Origin: Felis catus
Lineage: Eukaryota
Length of the DNA stretch: 64,000 nucleotides
Assembly (NCBI RefSeq): GCF_018350175.1
Contig: NC_058368.1
Span: 208,260,001 to 208,324,000 of the forward strand
Direction: 5' to 3'
The position numbers and the translations under genes were made by a program. This document shows positions 12,061-25,464 of the stretch, piece after piece; positions within the stretch are counted from its first letter, which is position 1; the number at the start of each line of letters is the position of its first letter. The notes under the pieces are model-generated. The model had not been told where the DNA came from, ran no database searches, and saw only the letters and a list, made by a program, of their open reading frames with translations.

Positions 12061-14127
12061 TATAAAGCCAAGTAGGGAAGAATACAGAACGAAGTATCAT
12101 GCAGGCAGAAATCAAAGGGGGACTGACGCCTTCTAGTGGCAATGGGGCTGGGGGAAGCTTCTCCCTGCACTGCTCTGTTCTTCTGGCTGATGGTCTCGTG
12201 TCATCTACAGCTCCATCAGTGGGGTCTCCCAGATTGTCCCATCCCTTCCTGCTATCCTCTCTCCCTGACACTCTTGAATTCCCTTCCCCACATCCCCTTC
12301 CCCACTATTTAAAAAAAAAAAAAGTGACACTCAGATCACATTCTTGTCATTGCTGTGCAAATTCACTGGGACAAGAGGGATCCATTGCCTTCACTCCCTT
12401 TTCCCTGCAATGGGGGGTCTAGTGAAAATGATGAATTATAGGGAGAGGCCACTGGGTCTCCCAGCCCCAAATAACGTCTGGGGGACCCAACGTTTTCAGC
12501 CCTCCACTTGGAGAGTGTGTTTACCTTGGGCTGTTGGGTGTTTTGGTGTCAGGCAGGCTTTGCAGAACCAGGAGACAGAACACCTCTCAGAAAGACCCCC
12601 ACCCTGCAGGGGGTCCTAAGAGGTTAGCCATGGTCCTTCCTGCCACTAATCCATGGTTCCATAGGCCTGCCTAGTCCTTGGAGGGTGTCAGGAGAGTTAG
12701 GAGAACACTTTTTCCCAGTCTTGAATCTTACAAGCTGCAAGAGAGTAGTCAGAATCCTTCTACAATCTTCCCCTTTTCGTGCTTCAAGGGAAAGACTGTG
12801 AAACTCAGTCATACGTCCTTGAGGCAGGCCAAGAGGCTACCATCCCCTTCAGGACGTGGCACGGCCAGTGACTCAGCCACTGGGAGGGGCGGGTGGCCTT
12901 TCCCGGACGTGGGGAGGAAAGGGTTGTGTGTGCCACGTGAAGGGGGCAGGGCAAAGCCTGACAGGGGCCGGGAGGGAGGCGGGTGAGGCCTCTTAGCATC
13001 TCAGCTTGATTTCTCAGTGAGAATTTCAAATGCATGATGAAACATGGCCAAACCCACTGACGGGGGACAATGGGCTGAGATGAGGTGTCGCTGACATCAC
13101 AGTTCAGCAACAAAGGGAAACACCTCAGAGTCAGCAAATATTGACTGGACCCCTTTTCTGTGCTCCACACTGGGATACAAGAGGAGGGGAACAGAGCCCC
13201 ACCGGGCCCTTCCTAGTGCCCAGATGTGCAAATCACAGTAGGGCTTTCTTTCACTGTCCTGCCTTCATTTTAGCCTCTCTCATGTTTCACCCCAAGTCTA
13301 GAAAGGATCAATGGCCCACATTCCACCACTGGTTGCTGAAGGAAAACAGGACGAAGCTAACATCCAGCAGTCGAATATGGTTTTCTTCAAATGCTTTTTT
13401 TCCCTAATGTTTGATGGTCCTGGAAATCTGGTTTGGTGAGTCAGCCTGCACCTCTGTTACAGACAAAACATATTATCGAAACTGGAGAGGTCATGGGCAG
13501 CCCCAAGAGAAGGAATAACAGACAAATATGTGTGGGGTCAATGTCCTGTATCTTTCACTGGCTGCATGATTCTACCCCCCCCCCCCCCCGCCGCCCCCGA
13601 ACCTTCTATGGAAGGACTCCTTAATCTCTGCTCTTAAGAGCGTGGTTACATGATTGATGAGCTGCAACTGCTTAATTGCAGGGGTAGGGATGGGGGTGGA
13701 GGTGGGATGAGAGTTGGCTCTTGACTTGAGCAGGAACTTCAAAGGCACCTCAGAGAGAAGCACAGAGCCAAGAGTTGCTCTGAGACTCCACTGGCTTCCT
13801 TCCCTTTGGTAGAAGCCTGTCTGCAGCCACCTGATGCCCGCTGCCTCCCCCAGCAATGCCTGGATCCTTCGGTGGATGTATTGTAAAGACTCATCTTCAT
13901 TGAGTTGCTTTCGTGGAATGTCTGCTGGATGGGGGCCCAGGAGCAGACGTTATAAGAAAATGGGGTTGGAAAGCTATGCTGCTAGCATTAAAAAAAGAAA
14001 ACCTTAAAACGTGAAAACTTCCTCCAAGCTTCTTTTTTGGATCCTGCAGATTCCACTGATCACGGTTCTTAATTCCATTGTCTGTAGTCAAGGTCACACA
14101 ATAAACATGCAAAAGCGAAGCCTGTAC

Positions 14128-14244
14128 CTTCTGGATGCTCCCACTAAAGGGCTTGAGGACGCCCGAGTTCTTCTTCACATCATCGTAATTAGGGACTCCA
14201 CCAATAAAAATGTCCGTGTTGCACTTAATCTGTGTGAAGCCTCC
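14128..14244 (-). CDS. EGFLAM: EGFLAM exon (~exon 16, 117 nt): LG2 ([39 protein letters not shown])
   Basis: Acceptor ggcAG|GGA and donor AAG|gtaca; phase 0-0. Confidence 0.96.
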
Positions 14245-14479
14245 CTGCCAACAGATGAAAACGAAAACACGGTTTAGCTTCAGAAAAGGTAGTAAGGTCT
14301 GCCAAACGGTAGAGACACCTTGAGGACCCACCGCAACAGGCCAGCTGGACTTTCACGTTATTTTGCATTGCGACCTTACTGCCTGTTTGTATGTTTGGAA
14401 ATGTATTAACCTCTCTGGGACTCAGTTTCATCATCTATAAAATGGCAGCCATCATATCAACCACATAGACACGTCACGG

Positions 14480-14835
14480 TGAATGTGGTGGGCCGCATCA
14501 CTGTCCACCAGCATTCAGCGCTTCTCCAGAAGAGCCCCTTCTCCCTGCAGGGAGATGACCTTCAACCTGTTGCTCTTGAGTGGGGCCAGGTAACCTGCTT
14601 CAGCCAATAAAGCATGAACAGAAGGGAAATGAGTCACTTCCGGGCAGAAGGTTTCAGAGCCAGAAGGTGACTCACACTGCCCTCTCCCTCTCTCTCTGTT
14701 CCTTCAGCCGGGGTGTCAGATTAGAGCTGCAACTGAACGTTGATGGACATGTAGTGCAAGTAAGAAATAAGCCCTTATTGTAGCTGACCTTCTGGAGCTG
14801 TTTGTGACCCGCTTGAGCGCAGCCTAGCCTCTCTT
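14480..14835 (+). mobile_element. MLT1-type MaLR LTR remnant
   Basis: gacatgtagtgcaagtaagaaataagccc...tgtttgtgacc...agcctagcct. Confidence 0.55.
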
Positions 14836-15289
14836 GGAGGCAGAGAGCCCACCGATTTAGCACTTTGCCCAGAGTTGGATGATTAATCAGCATTCCAGTC
14901 TGACCAGCTATTGCTATATTAGGCAGTGGTAAAAGTAAAACCTCTTCAGGCCAAGAGAAAAGGAAGGCATGGTGGGTGGGAGGCATTCCTTGCTATCAAC
15001 TACAAAGGGTAGAGAAATTCTTCTCTTTTCCAAATTCTCAGAAAACTACCCAGGTCAACCCCCAAAGCCTTGCCCTGTTACCGGTCATTTCAACAGCTTA
15101 AACTCTAACGGGTGGACTAGACAACAAGCTGTGTATAATATTTAAGGTCTAAACTCTTTCACACATGAGCTGGACGCAAAATGTGAAAATGTCCTAAGAC
15201 AACAAACAGAGATAAATGGAAATGTGAGACTCCAACATAAATCATTATTTCCTTTGATTTATGGTAAAAGGAAATATAAATAGTAGCAG

Positions 15290-15700
15290 CATTTAGTCAT
15301 TAATTTAACAAATATTACTGGGCATCTACTGTGTCCCAGGCACTAAATGCTAGACAAACAACAGTAAATAAGGAAGACCTGGTTTCTGCCCTCAGAGGCA
15401 GAATCCAGACACATAAATGGGCAGGTGGGATTAGCTCAGCAAGGGCTGCTCAGGGGACTCTGGATGCACTTGAGGAGGGAGTGCACATATCCTACCCTAG
15501 ACACAGATAGTCTGGGAGGTAGTAAAGGAAGAGTCAGAATTATAGAAATCAGTCAAAGTCAGGGCTTGAGAGGAATATAGTAGGTATAAGGGCAGAGGCA
15601 AGGAGGGGCCAGATACTGCATGCTTAGAAACGCCCTCTACCCAAAATGCATCAAGCTTTAAGCAGAAAGAAAATAGTTATATCTGTGTTTTAGGCAGATT
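15290..15700 (-). mobile_element. L2 3' fragment
   Basis: atttaacaaatattactgggcatctactgtgtcccaggcact is the L2 3' end signature. Confidence 0.6.
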
Positions 15701-17817
15701 ACAGGCCAAAGGGAGGAGAACGGACTTCGGGTCAGGTCAATATAGAGAAGGAGAGACAGAACAGAGAGGAAGGTACAGGATCTAGGAGAGTCTCACAGTG
15801 CCCAGGTCCCACCAGGGAACAGCATGGAGGTCTTGATTGGAACATAGAATTGCCTTCCATCAGTAACCTTGGGGCAGCGTTCTTATTTAACTAGGCAGGG
15901 GTTTGGGGAGGGGGAGGGGAAGGCAGTGTTCATTAAAGAAGCAGAAGGCCTTTCAGGAATTGTAGTGGCTGGATGGAATGCTGACCCTGGAGGGAGCTGT
16001 TACCACACCGCCCCCGCCCCCGGCCCCCGCCCCCCCCAGGCCCCAATCACTGTCTTAGCTCTTCTAAAAAAATAAGATAGTAAGTGGAAAGGAGAAAGGT
16101 TGCAGGGTCAAAGGGATGTCAGAGAAACAGGCTGTTTTGAAAAACCTTTGAGTTACAGTTGTATCCAGTGAACAGGACCTGGCCTCATGGGGTGAGAGCT
16201 GGTTCCTTTTGGTTTCTCATCAAAACCCTCCCCTGCACCCCTTCCCCCCTCCCCCCCGCCCCCCCTCCTGTTGACAAGAGACAGGGCTGCAGCTGCCACA
16301 CCCACAGGGAACCGCAGGAGAAAAGCAAACAGACCCCACCGAAAGGAGGCTTCGCCTAGATCTGCCACTTCTGTTTAGCTGCAAGTGGTTGGAAAACCTG
16401 AGCAAAGCTGCTGGTTAGGGTTTTCTGGAACCCTCAGAGGCACATCCCATCCTTAAGTCTGGCATAGACTCAACCCTTGGCTGTTAGTATTTCTCAGCTG
16501 AGCAACCCAGAGTTTGGCTTTCGCATGGACACTGAGGGGCCTAGGCCCTGGGTTAATCCCCAGAAGAGTTCTTTCATCCCACCCATCTCTAAGCTCTAAG
16601 ACCACTACTCCTAATCCCATTGCTCTCTAACCGAAAGAGTCACCTATGCCTTTGAACATGGTATGGACAGCTGGGGAGCAGAATCCCCTGCTGGGGGAAG
16701 ATGTGATTAAGGCTCAACTCACTGAGATCAAGCATGGAGCCTTCCCACTCCTGTCTCAGAGCTGCCTCAAAAAAACCCCAAAACAAAACAAAACAAAACA
16801 CCCTCACATGCACACAGATTGGCTACACCTGTACCCACATGTGCACACTGCTTTCCAGGTGGGCAGCACTCCAGCCAGCTTGGTCCATTCAAAAAGCCAA
16901 TAGGGAGGCACTGGTTCTACCATATTGGTTGAATTCTTACTCTCTGATATTGTAGCAATAGAAATTCTGAGGTGTGGTTTTTACCTTTGTGTTGTCTCTT
17001 CACTGTAGGATCCCAACAGTAAATACTGTGTCCTAAAGAGTTTCTTCTTCATAATCAAAGGCCTTAACCCTACTACCTACAAATATTCCATTCTGAACTT
17101 TTGTTCCTGTTTTACAAATGTTTGTAACTAAGGCCTACAGAGATACAATGCTTTTTCGAATTTATATTAAGTCAACATATAGTCAAGTCTAGTCAAGTCT
17201 ATAGTTGTGAGCTACTAATTCTATCTTGGACTGAAGTCAGTTGTTAGAATTTTCTGGAGCATCCCAGAAATTACTCCTGTTCTCCCTTTAAAATCCATTC
17301 CCCTTCATCCACCTTTCCTTCCTTTCTGCCTTCCTTCCTGCCTTTCTATTTTCCTTCCTTCCCTCTCTCTTTCCTTCCTTCTTTCCACAAATACATATAT
17401 AGAACATTTTCTAGGTTTGAAGAGTGCTCACCTCTTGAAGCAGAACCCAGTTGGGGATTCTTCTTATCCTGAGAAAGTCCTTGGTTCTGACAGGACCTCC
17501 CACCACTACCATCTCTGGCCTTGGGACATACGTGTTCTTCCTTCTGCTCTCTTCTCCAACTAAATACCTCCTTCCTCACCAAAAGTCTTTTTTTATTCCT
17601 TTTCTTTTTTCTACCAATCCACTTTCTTATCAGAATACCCACATTCACAAACGCCCTCTTTAAATCTGGTGATGCACAGAACAATGACATGGGGAATTAA
17701 CATAGTGGAAACCCTAAGTCCCCTTTAGGGGACTAAATTTTTTGTGTGTAAAGAATCCTAGTAGGTTATAATTTAAAACAAATCTCTCTTATCTTTTCTT
17801 AAAAATGTTATTTTCTT

Positions 17818-18035
17818 GGGGCACCTGGGTGGCTCAGTCGGTTAAGCATCCAACTTCGGCCCAGGTCATGATCTTGCAGTTCGTGGGTTCAAGCCCCACA
17901 CCGGGCTCTGTGTTGACAGCTCAGAGCCTGGAGCCTGCTTCAAGTTCTGCGTCTCCCTCTCTCTCTGCCCCTATCCCGCTCATGCTCTGTCTCTGTCTCT
18001 CTCAAAAATAAATAAACATTAAAGAAAAATTTTGT
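17818..18035 (+). mobile_element. CanSINE (SINEC_Fc-type)
   Basis: Consensus match; 14-bp TSD aatgttattttctt. Confidence 0.93.
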
Positions 18036-18149
18036 AATGTTATTTTCTTTGGATACGACCTTGGAAATAAGATCATGGGTGAAAGTTATAAATTTGAGTA
18101 GAAATTCTGTGCTCTTGAGGTCATGAGAGTACTCTATTAACCAACAGGA

Positions 18150-18680
18150 ATAAGTAAAGCTACATAGTGCTGACCGTGTACTGTTGTATTTTACATATAT
18201 AGTTATTTTAATTGGCACAACTCTACAAAGTAGGCGCTATTGTGGTTGCCATTATCCCCACTTTATAGATGAGAAAACACAAACTTGCAGGTCAAGTGAC
18301 CCATCTGAGTTCACACTACTGGTAAGTAATGGAGCTAGATCTGGAATCCAGGAGCCTGGCATCAGAGCTGTGTTCTTGCCAGATGTGTGGCCCCCACAAC
18401 ACTGGCCCGACCTCCAACGTATGTCCTGACCTACTACACTATACACTGACTCAACAAAGACAGGGATTGGCGGTAGGGGTGGGGGTGGCAAGTGATTTCA
18501 TAAACGATGTACTTGTATTAGTTCACTTAATCCTTGCAACGGCCCTGTGAGACCGCTACTATTATGACCCCATTCGCAGCTGAGGAACAGACAGGTTAAG
18601 TAACTCGCCCAGTGGGGAGCTTGGGTTTTAAGCCAGGCAATCTGGCCCTGGAGTCCATGTACTTAGCCATTACTCTGCTG
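18150..18680 (-). mobile_element. Two MIR fragments
   Basis: attatccccactttatagatgagaaaac and cagctgaggaacagacaggttaagtaactcgccc cores. Confidence 0.6.
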
Positions 18681-18743
18681 CTTTTCTCTCCAGGACAGGA
18701 AGAAAACAGTAACCCAGTTTGCGCTGACACGTGTCCTTCTTAC

Positions 18744-18855
18744 CTCTGCCATTGCCTCCACTACCTTCTGCTTATCCACTTGTAAGATACCATTCTTTGC
18801 TGTGCGAGATACATGCAGCTCATGCCAGTGGCCCAGGGCGAGGGGGTCTTCACTC
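18744..18855 (-). CDS. EGFLAM: EGFLAM exon (~exon 15, 112 nt): LG2 ([37 protein letters not shown])
   Basis: Acceptor aacAG|G and donor GAG|gtaag. Confidence 0.96.
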
Positions 18856-19251
18856 CTGTTGAAGGAAGGAAGCTGAGCGTGGGATAGCATCAGTGGTGGT
18901 ATGGACAGTGTTCATCAAGCTGCCCTGATGAACCGATGCAACCTTAGCTACCTCATTCATTCCATCACAAGAAAACAATCACTCCTGCTTAGTGAACACA
19001 GCGACGCTCGGTCCGTTTATTGGACCCCTTTATGGTAGGAGCATTGCAATTATCACTTTATTTTATTACTTCCAACAAGCCTGAAATGTGGGTAAGATGA
19101 GCCTGGTGTCCTGGAGGAGAGGTGACGGTGAAATGTGATCATAGTTGCACACAAGCTTTGAAAATGAGAAAATTACCTGGACTGTAGTGTAAACCACAGA
19201 TTCTTTCGTGTGCTGATGGCTACGGCATCCTTTGAAATGCATAAAAAATTA

Positions 19252-19295
19252 GGATGGATGGATGGATGGATGGATGGATGGATGGATGGATGGAT
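19252..19295. repeat. (GGAT)n microsatellite next to an old L1 3' fragment
   Basis: Seen directly. Confidence 0.9.
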
Positions 19296-21903
19296 ATAAG
19301 GATAGCTAGACATGTGATAAAGCAAATATAGCAAAATGTTAATTATAGATGACAGGTGGGAGGAATAAAGATGTTTACTGTATAATTCTTTCAACTTTTC
19401 CACATGTTTAGAATTTCTCATAATAAAATGCTGGCGGGGGGAAAGAGTCCATGTTGTCTAATATTGTGAAAAGGATTAAAACTAAAAATTCAATTAATTC
19501 AACATGAAAGTGCTTGAAGTTTAAACGATTTCGATAAGAGTTTTGCACGCTACTTTGGACAGTGAGGTATGCAAGAAGAGGATAATTATTGCATTTGTAT
19601 TTCTAATGATGTCTAGTTCCTGGCCTTCACTGAACCTCCCAATTATTTTTTGGTCCTGGATCATCCTTAGAAAACTGCCAGGAATACCAATGGGCACAAT
19701 TATTGAAAGGTCTCCACCCCCTCACTTGATTTTTTTGCTCTGGCAAATGCTTTTGTGATTTGTCCTTAGCAATTAGAATTTAATCACCTTGGCTAAATCA
19801 ATATGCAATAAAGAAACCAGAGGCACTCTTTAAGCAGCCCCATCTCCATAATAAGTACCACCGCCTTAGTCGTGTTCTTGTCCTGCAGAGGTCATTCCCT
19901 GTCAATACCCTGCCTTCCTCGGCACAGTGACATCGATCACAGCCGTCACGAGCTCATTTCAATTGCCTCGATTTCTGAATCAAGTTCATAATGAATTTGA
20001 CCACCTTATCCTTTTCCTAAAGTTAAAATGATTTGGCCAATTCCACAACTTCCTGTGGTTCAGGACTTTACTGAATTTTCTTAATCAAGCAGGAAGTCTT
20101 AGAAATGATCTTCAGGATAAACATCTTGCAACGGGGCACCTGAAACGCCCACAGTAATCCCTGTTGTCAGGTTACCCTGGGGAGGGGATGGGACAGGGGT
20201 GGTCTTTCCCTTGGACATTCTGGGCACTTGCCTTCTTTTCGTTACACCTGATACTCTGAATTCTTTTTCCAGGCACTTTTCTGACAGGCAGGGAAACGAT
20301 ATCTTACATTAAAAAAAAAATTAAATAACACTTCTTGTCTCAAATAGGCAGAGAATGAGGAAAGAGAGAAATGCTGGACACTAAGGTCCTATGTGTCTGT
20401 GACCCCAGAGCTGGAGCTGCCACCATGGAGGGGAGCCGTGGGGGGTGGGGGGCGATCTGCCCAAGAGGAGGGCTGATGAGCCCGACCCTCCCCCTCACTC
20501 TTCCTGGTCATTCCTTATCCAGGAGGAAGCCATTTGAAAGTACAAGGTGATATTCAAGGTGTCTTCCCTTCTGAACTTGACAAACAGTTCTACGTGAATT
20601 GCTTAGACTGTTTTGCATAATCTTATGTAAATTGAATCAATTAAACACCCACGAAAGTTGTCTTGAGACATAGGATGTTTTTGTATAACCAGAGGCACAA
20701 AAATGTTTGCCCATGACCCAAGGTGGGAGGTGTCAGTGACGTGCAGGAATTCAGCCATAGGACAAAAATGAACTGTCCTTTTTAAGAATTCTTGAAACCT
20801 AATGCAGCAAGCATTTCCCATCGGCCGTGAGAAATGATCAGCAATTAAGGGCGATGTATGGCTGTAACAGCTCTCCCGCAGTCTTCCTAAAAATGACAGT
20901 CTAGCAGCATAAATTACAATTGAATGCAGCCTGCAATTTCCTTTAAAACAACCACCACCTTTGGATTTCCTGCTGCGGGGCACCATTGAAGGAAACATCG
21001 TAGTGAGTTTCAAAAGAGAATTCGTCGAATATAGGAACAAGGAGCATGTCTGCATTAGATTAGCAGGCCTCTGGCTGGAGGGTAAAAACTACCGTGGAAG
21101 GAACACAGTGCGAAGAGGGAGACATAAACAAATAAGAGAAACGTCTGTATCCACCATCATCAGGCTCTGAGGGTGTTGTAAAAATCGTGACGCGCTGTAC
21201 GGGAACAATTGATCTTCTAAGTAAATTAATAGTACAAGCTAGATAACAGGAGGAAAGGTTTGAGGACCCAGAGCCACTTCTGCAGATACCAGCAAGTACT
21301 TCAGAAGCACCTGTTCACTGCCATGCTACTGAAACCACTCATCGCACCGCCTTCTCGAACAGATCGGTCAGGGATGAGCCTCTGTGATTTGCAGATTCGC
21401 TGTCAGACTCCTTTATCTGGAGAATGGTCAGAGATGTGCTAACCATCTAGTCACCATCAAAGAAACAATGCGAGAGGGTGGTAAAAAAATCAAAGTCAGG
21501 TCACCAAGGGCATGTCTGTCCATTCAACTTCTGTTCATACTTCTTTCCTAGTCATCCTCTATTGACGGAGTGCCCACAAAATGATGCTAGGAGCACGGAT
21601 TGATCAACTACAATTCATCAGGTTTTTGTGATGGCCTTGTGCAAAATGAAGGCAGCCCATCCATGGGTTGAAGCAGAGAGTTGCTACCTGCCGGGGAGTT
21701 ACTTGACAAAAGGAAAACTTGCCAGTAGGAGAGAATGATCCATAATGAAGTATGTCATACCACCAGGACACGTTTCGGAAAAGAGAACCACGGAGGGACG
21801 ACAGGAATAGTGCAAGCTATCAGGACAAGGCCATCTTTTTCCAAAGTGACCGCTGTTGAGCTTTCTGGGGGGGAAAGGAGCCCCTAAAGGTCTCAGCCCT
21901 TAC

Positions 21904-22147
21904 CTGAGAACACCAGTGCCAGAGCCACAGTCAAAGCGGAACTCCACGTGGCCCCCGGCCATGTTGATGGACACAAAGTCTTTGCTGCCCGTGTCGTAGC
22001 TGTAGAGGAGGACACCATCACCCGAGTCCGGCCGAAACGTGATCTCAAACTCCATGAAGGAAAGGTAATGCTGGGGCTCCAGAGGCCAGGGTGTTGCAGC
22101 ATAGGATCTCAGGGACTCTCTGAATTGAGGGATGGTCAGGGAGAAAG
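21904..22147 (-). CDS. EGFLAM: EGFLAM exon (~exon 14, 244 nt): LG2 N-terminal half ([22 protein letters not shown]...[15 protein letters not shown])
   Basis: Acceptor ttcAG|CT and donor AG|gtaag; DGVLLY and FDCGSG LamG motifs. Confidence 0.96.
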
Positions 22148-22180
22148 CTGAAGAAAGAAGCGTGCTGTTAGAAATCCCTC

Positions 22181-22580
22181 TGTGGCAGAACTAGCCATGT
22201 TCTCTTCCTCCTGGGTACGGAGCTAACCTACATTTCCCAGCTGCCCTGAGTGAATTGGGTAGTATAACCGAATTCCGGTCAGTGGATTGTGGGTGGGAGT
22301 ATTATACGCATCCCAGGTCTGACCCCTAAAACTTCCTACCATCTTCCATGCACCCTCTCGTCCCTCACCTGCTAGCTGAATGCAGGAAGCAGGGGAGGAT
22401 TCTCAGGGCCTGGCAGAGCCCTAGAAGGCAGGGGCCTGTGTCCCTGAATGACTGCATGGCACAGAGGCCACCCCCACCCAAACTCCTCACTGACCTGCAG
22501 TGATGTGTGACGTGAGCAAGGATCGAGCCTTATTATGTTAGACTACAAAATATGAGATGATATGTAACAGCTTTGACTTA
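22181..22580 (+). mobile_element. MLT1J-like MaLR LTR
   Basis: tgtggcag...ctacatttcccagc...tgggtccctgaatgactgcatgg-like motifs. Confidence 0.6.
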
Positions 22581-22713
22581 CAGGAACTCACACGCCCTCT
22601 TCTAGGTGATCTGAGATCTGAGATTATTCAGCGCTAAAGAAAACCCCCCACCAGGATGGTGTCTTAGGTCCAAATTTGAATCAATGGTAGAAAAGTTAAA
22701 ACATGTTCAACTC

Positions 22714-22899
22714 GGGCCACCTGGGGGGCGCTCATTGGTTAAGCATCCGGCTCTTGATTTCGGTTCAGGTCAAGATCTCACTGTGGTGAGATCGAGCCCC
22801 ACATCAGGCTCAGTGCTGGGCATGGAGCCTGCTTGGGATTCTCTCTCCCTCCGCTCCTCCCACACTTGCACGCGCTCTCTCCCTCTTCTCTCAAAAAAA
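22714..22899 (+). mobile_element. Older CanSINE
   Basis: gctcttgatttcggttcaggtcaagatctc body; diverged TSD tgttcaactc/tgtccaactc. Confidence 0.85.
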
Positions 22900-23472
22900 G
22901 TGTCCAACTCCACACGTTTGCCAAAATCTTTGAAATCTTTGAAATTTCCCCTGATTCTGTGTGTTTGCATATGCACATGTGTTTACGCGTATTGAGACAG
23001 GTATAGTATCAAGAGGTGGACAATTCACTAGAACAGTAACAAAAAGAAGAAAGATTACTCTTGTGCCTTCCCATTGTTAACAACTCTGCGTGTCTCTTCC
23101 CCACATTTTCTCTGAACTTGTCAGACATTCTCAGAAGCATGAGCTGCAGATGCTCTGAATTCAGTCTGATAAAGACCACACACATAAAGGCTTTTCAAAG
23201 TTACTTGAGGGCCAAAAGGAGCCCACCAAAGCCTGGCCCAGAAGCATCTTAAAATGAACCTATCTTGGGTTGGCTTGACACTCTGACACTCAAAGGCACT
23301 CCAATCTGATAAAAAAAACCAAAACAAAACAGATTCTCCCATCTCTCCCAACAATGTATAGATTTTAATCCCATAAACATTTATGGGACTTGCTAAGAGC
23401 ACGCTGATGAAAAATTACAGCGACATGAATTAACAGGGCAGGCAAAGTGCAGCCAACTTGCTTCTTTCTCAC

Positions 23473-23598
23473 CATCTTCACAGTGTCGACCTTTAAACCC
23501 AAGGGGACACAGGCAAATGTAGGCGTCAGCTTTGACTGCTGCACAGGTGCCGCCGTTGATGCACGAGGCTTCGTCACAGAGTCCACTGCTGCACTCCC
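23473..23598 (-). CDS. EGFLAM: EGFLAM exon (~exon 13, 126 nt): EGF-like 2 ([42 protein letters not shown])
   Basis: Acceptor tttAG|GG and donor GATG|gtgag; symmetric phase 1-1 EGF exon. Confidence 0.96.
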
Positions 23599-25464
23599 CT
23601 AAATACAGAACAGGAATGACAAAACCGATTCATCGCGTGAGCCAGTCCAAGACGCTGGAGCTGACCGCACCAGCTCTGAATACACACGCTCAGCTCCCAC
23701 TCGTGTTAATTTGTACCCCTGCCCAGCTGCAAAACAGCCTTCAGGGTAGGTGGAACGTACCCTTCATTTTAGTTTGATTTTGGCCTGTTCTTTATGAAGA
23801 GCCACAAAGAATCTTTAAAACATGGCGGACACAATACATCAAATAGTAAATTGTTTGGACAATTTTACGACCACCGACGAAGATGAATGAGTTGTTTCTG
23901 CGTTAATCCATCTGTCTCTTATTCCAACAAGAGTGTGTTTCAATCCCTTCCGTGTCAACATGGTGTTTCTGTTCCAAGCATTCTAATTTGTGTGGCCCCA
24001 GTTACCTTAAGTGCTACTGCCTTGTTGGTTCAAAGTTGAGGCAACAAGGGGAGCACGGAAGCCACATCTAACTTATTACCTGGCCTCAACCTTCCACTGC
24101 TCTGTCTGGGGCAGGAAGGGGCTGGGGCGGGGGGTGCTTCATAATACCTCAGCAGATGCCTTCCAGCATCCCTACTGCCACCTCCAAAACTGAGATCTTA
24201 TGGGGGACAGGAGGGTGGCCTGGAGTAAAAAGCGGTGAGAGCTTCAACACCAGATGGGTCCATACTCTTTACCAAACACATATCAGAGAGGCCCACGCAG
24301 GGTATACTCTCACTGTCAAGATCATCAGATGACATGGAAACACATGGACTTCTCCTGCTCTGCTTTTCTTCTGCTTCTTTGGCCCTCCTCTTCTCCTTGT
24401 ATATAAGAAATAAATTTCACAGATGGGCCACTAGCTGGCCCAGAACAACACAAGTGAGTCCTAAACACTCGCTCCCGGGGTAGGGACAAAGGAGCACATC
24501 TCTGACCGAGCCGTGAGGGGCCCGGCCCTGAGCCCCGCAGGCTGTGATGCTGCACCTGCCTGAACTGCAAGCCCACTTCTGGTGGGATGAAAAGCCTCCG
24601 TTGGCCATCTCAGCAGGGCAAGCCCCCCATCCTTTTCTCATCCGTCCTCTGCATTTGTGGAGCTGACCCCGTCTTTTCTTCCACGAAGCCTCGCTGCGAA
24701 CGTGAGCAGGGCTGGGTATAATGTGCAGCCAGCCGAAGAGGCCGACTTCAGGAGCTGAGGACACAGTTTAATTAAAGCCCGTCCAGATGGCTCGTCGCCA
24801 CAGCCGGGGTGGGCTGGCCTCAGCGAATTCCAGCCGGGGCCACTGGAAGCTCAGGGCAGAAGTGACCGGTGGCCTCTGCAGCCACCGCCTGAGAACATGG
24901 CCAGCATCCAGTCTCCTCGGGGTGATGGACATGGAACCATGAGAGCCGGACTCTCACAGCCCCTGAGCCCCCACCCAGGTCTGGGTGGGCTGGGATTCTT
25001 TCCCCAAGAAGGGCGGCTCCCACAGGAACAAACGAGGTTCTTGGGTTATTTTAGCTACACATGGAAAAGATATTACTTTACAAATTTGCATCGTGACTAT
25101 CCTTTAAGAGGGGGGAGTGGGGTGGGGGCGTTGATGAAAGCAACACGGCGGCAGGATTCTGCTGGCAATTGGTACGCAAGATGGCCCATGAGCGGCGGCG
25201 TGGGAAAGAGGACCGGACTCCCACGGGGAGGGAACGTGGGGCTGGCCGGGGTGGTAGCAGAGGAAATGGACAGGGAGCGAAGACACGGGGAAGGGAGACC
25301 CAGCCAGTCCCTTCTAGAGCTTGAAGGCGGAGGCAGACCCTAGCAAGGCCTCCGGGTTCCTCGCCTGGCGGTCTGAAAGGACAGTGGCGGGAGTACAATG
25401 ATGAGCACGGCTGTGAGCAGGAGCTGGTTTCTGAGGCACAGAGGACCTGGCATTGGGAAGCAGA

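Noticed and set aside
22714..22731. CTCF-like gggccacctggggggcgct at a SINE head
   Set aside because: It has an extra base relative to the core and lacks the invariant AG; likely just a diverged SINE 5' end
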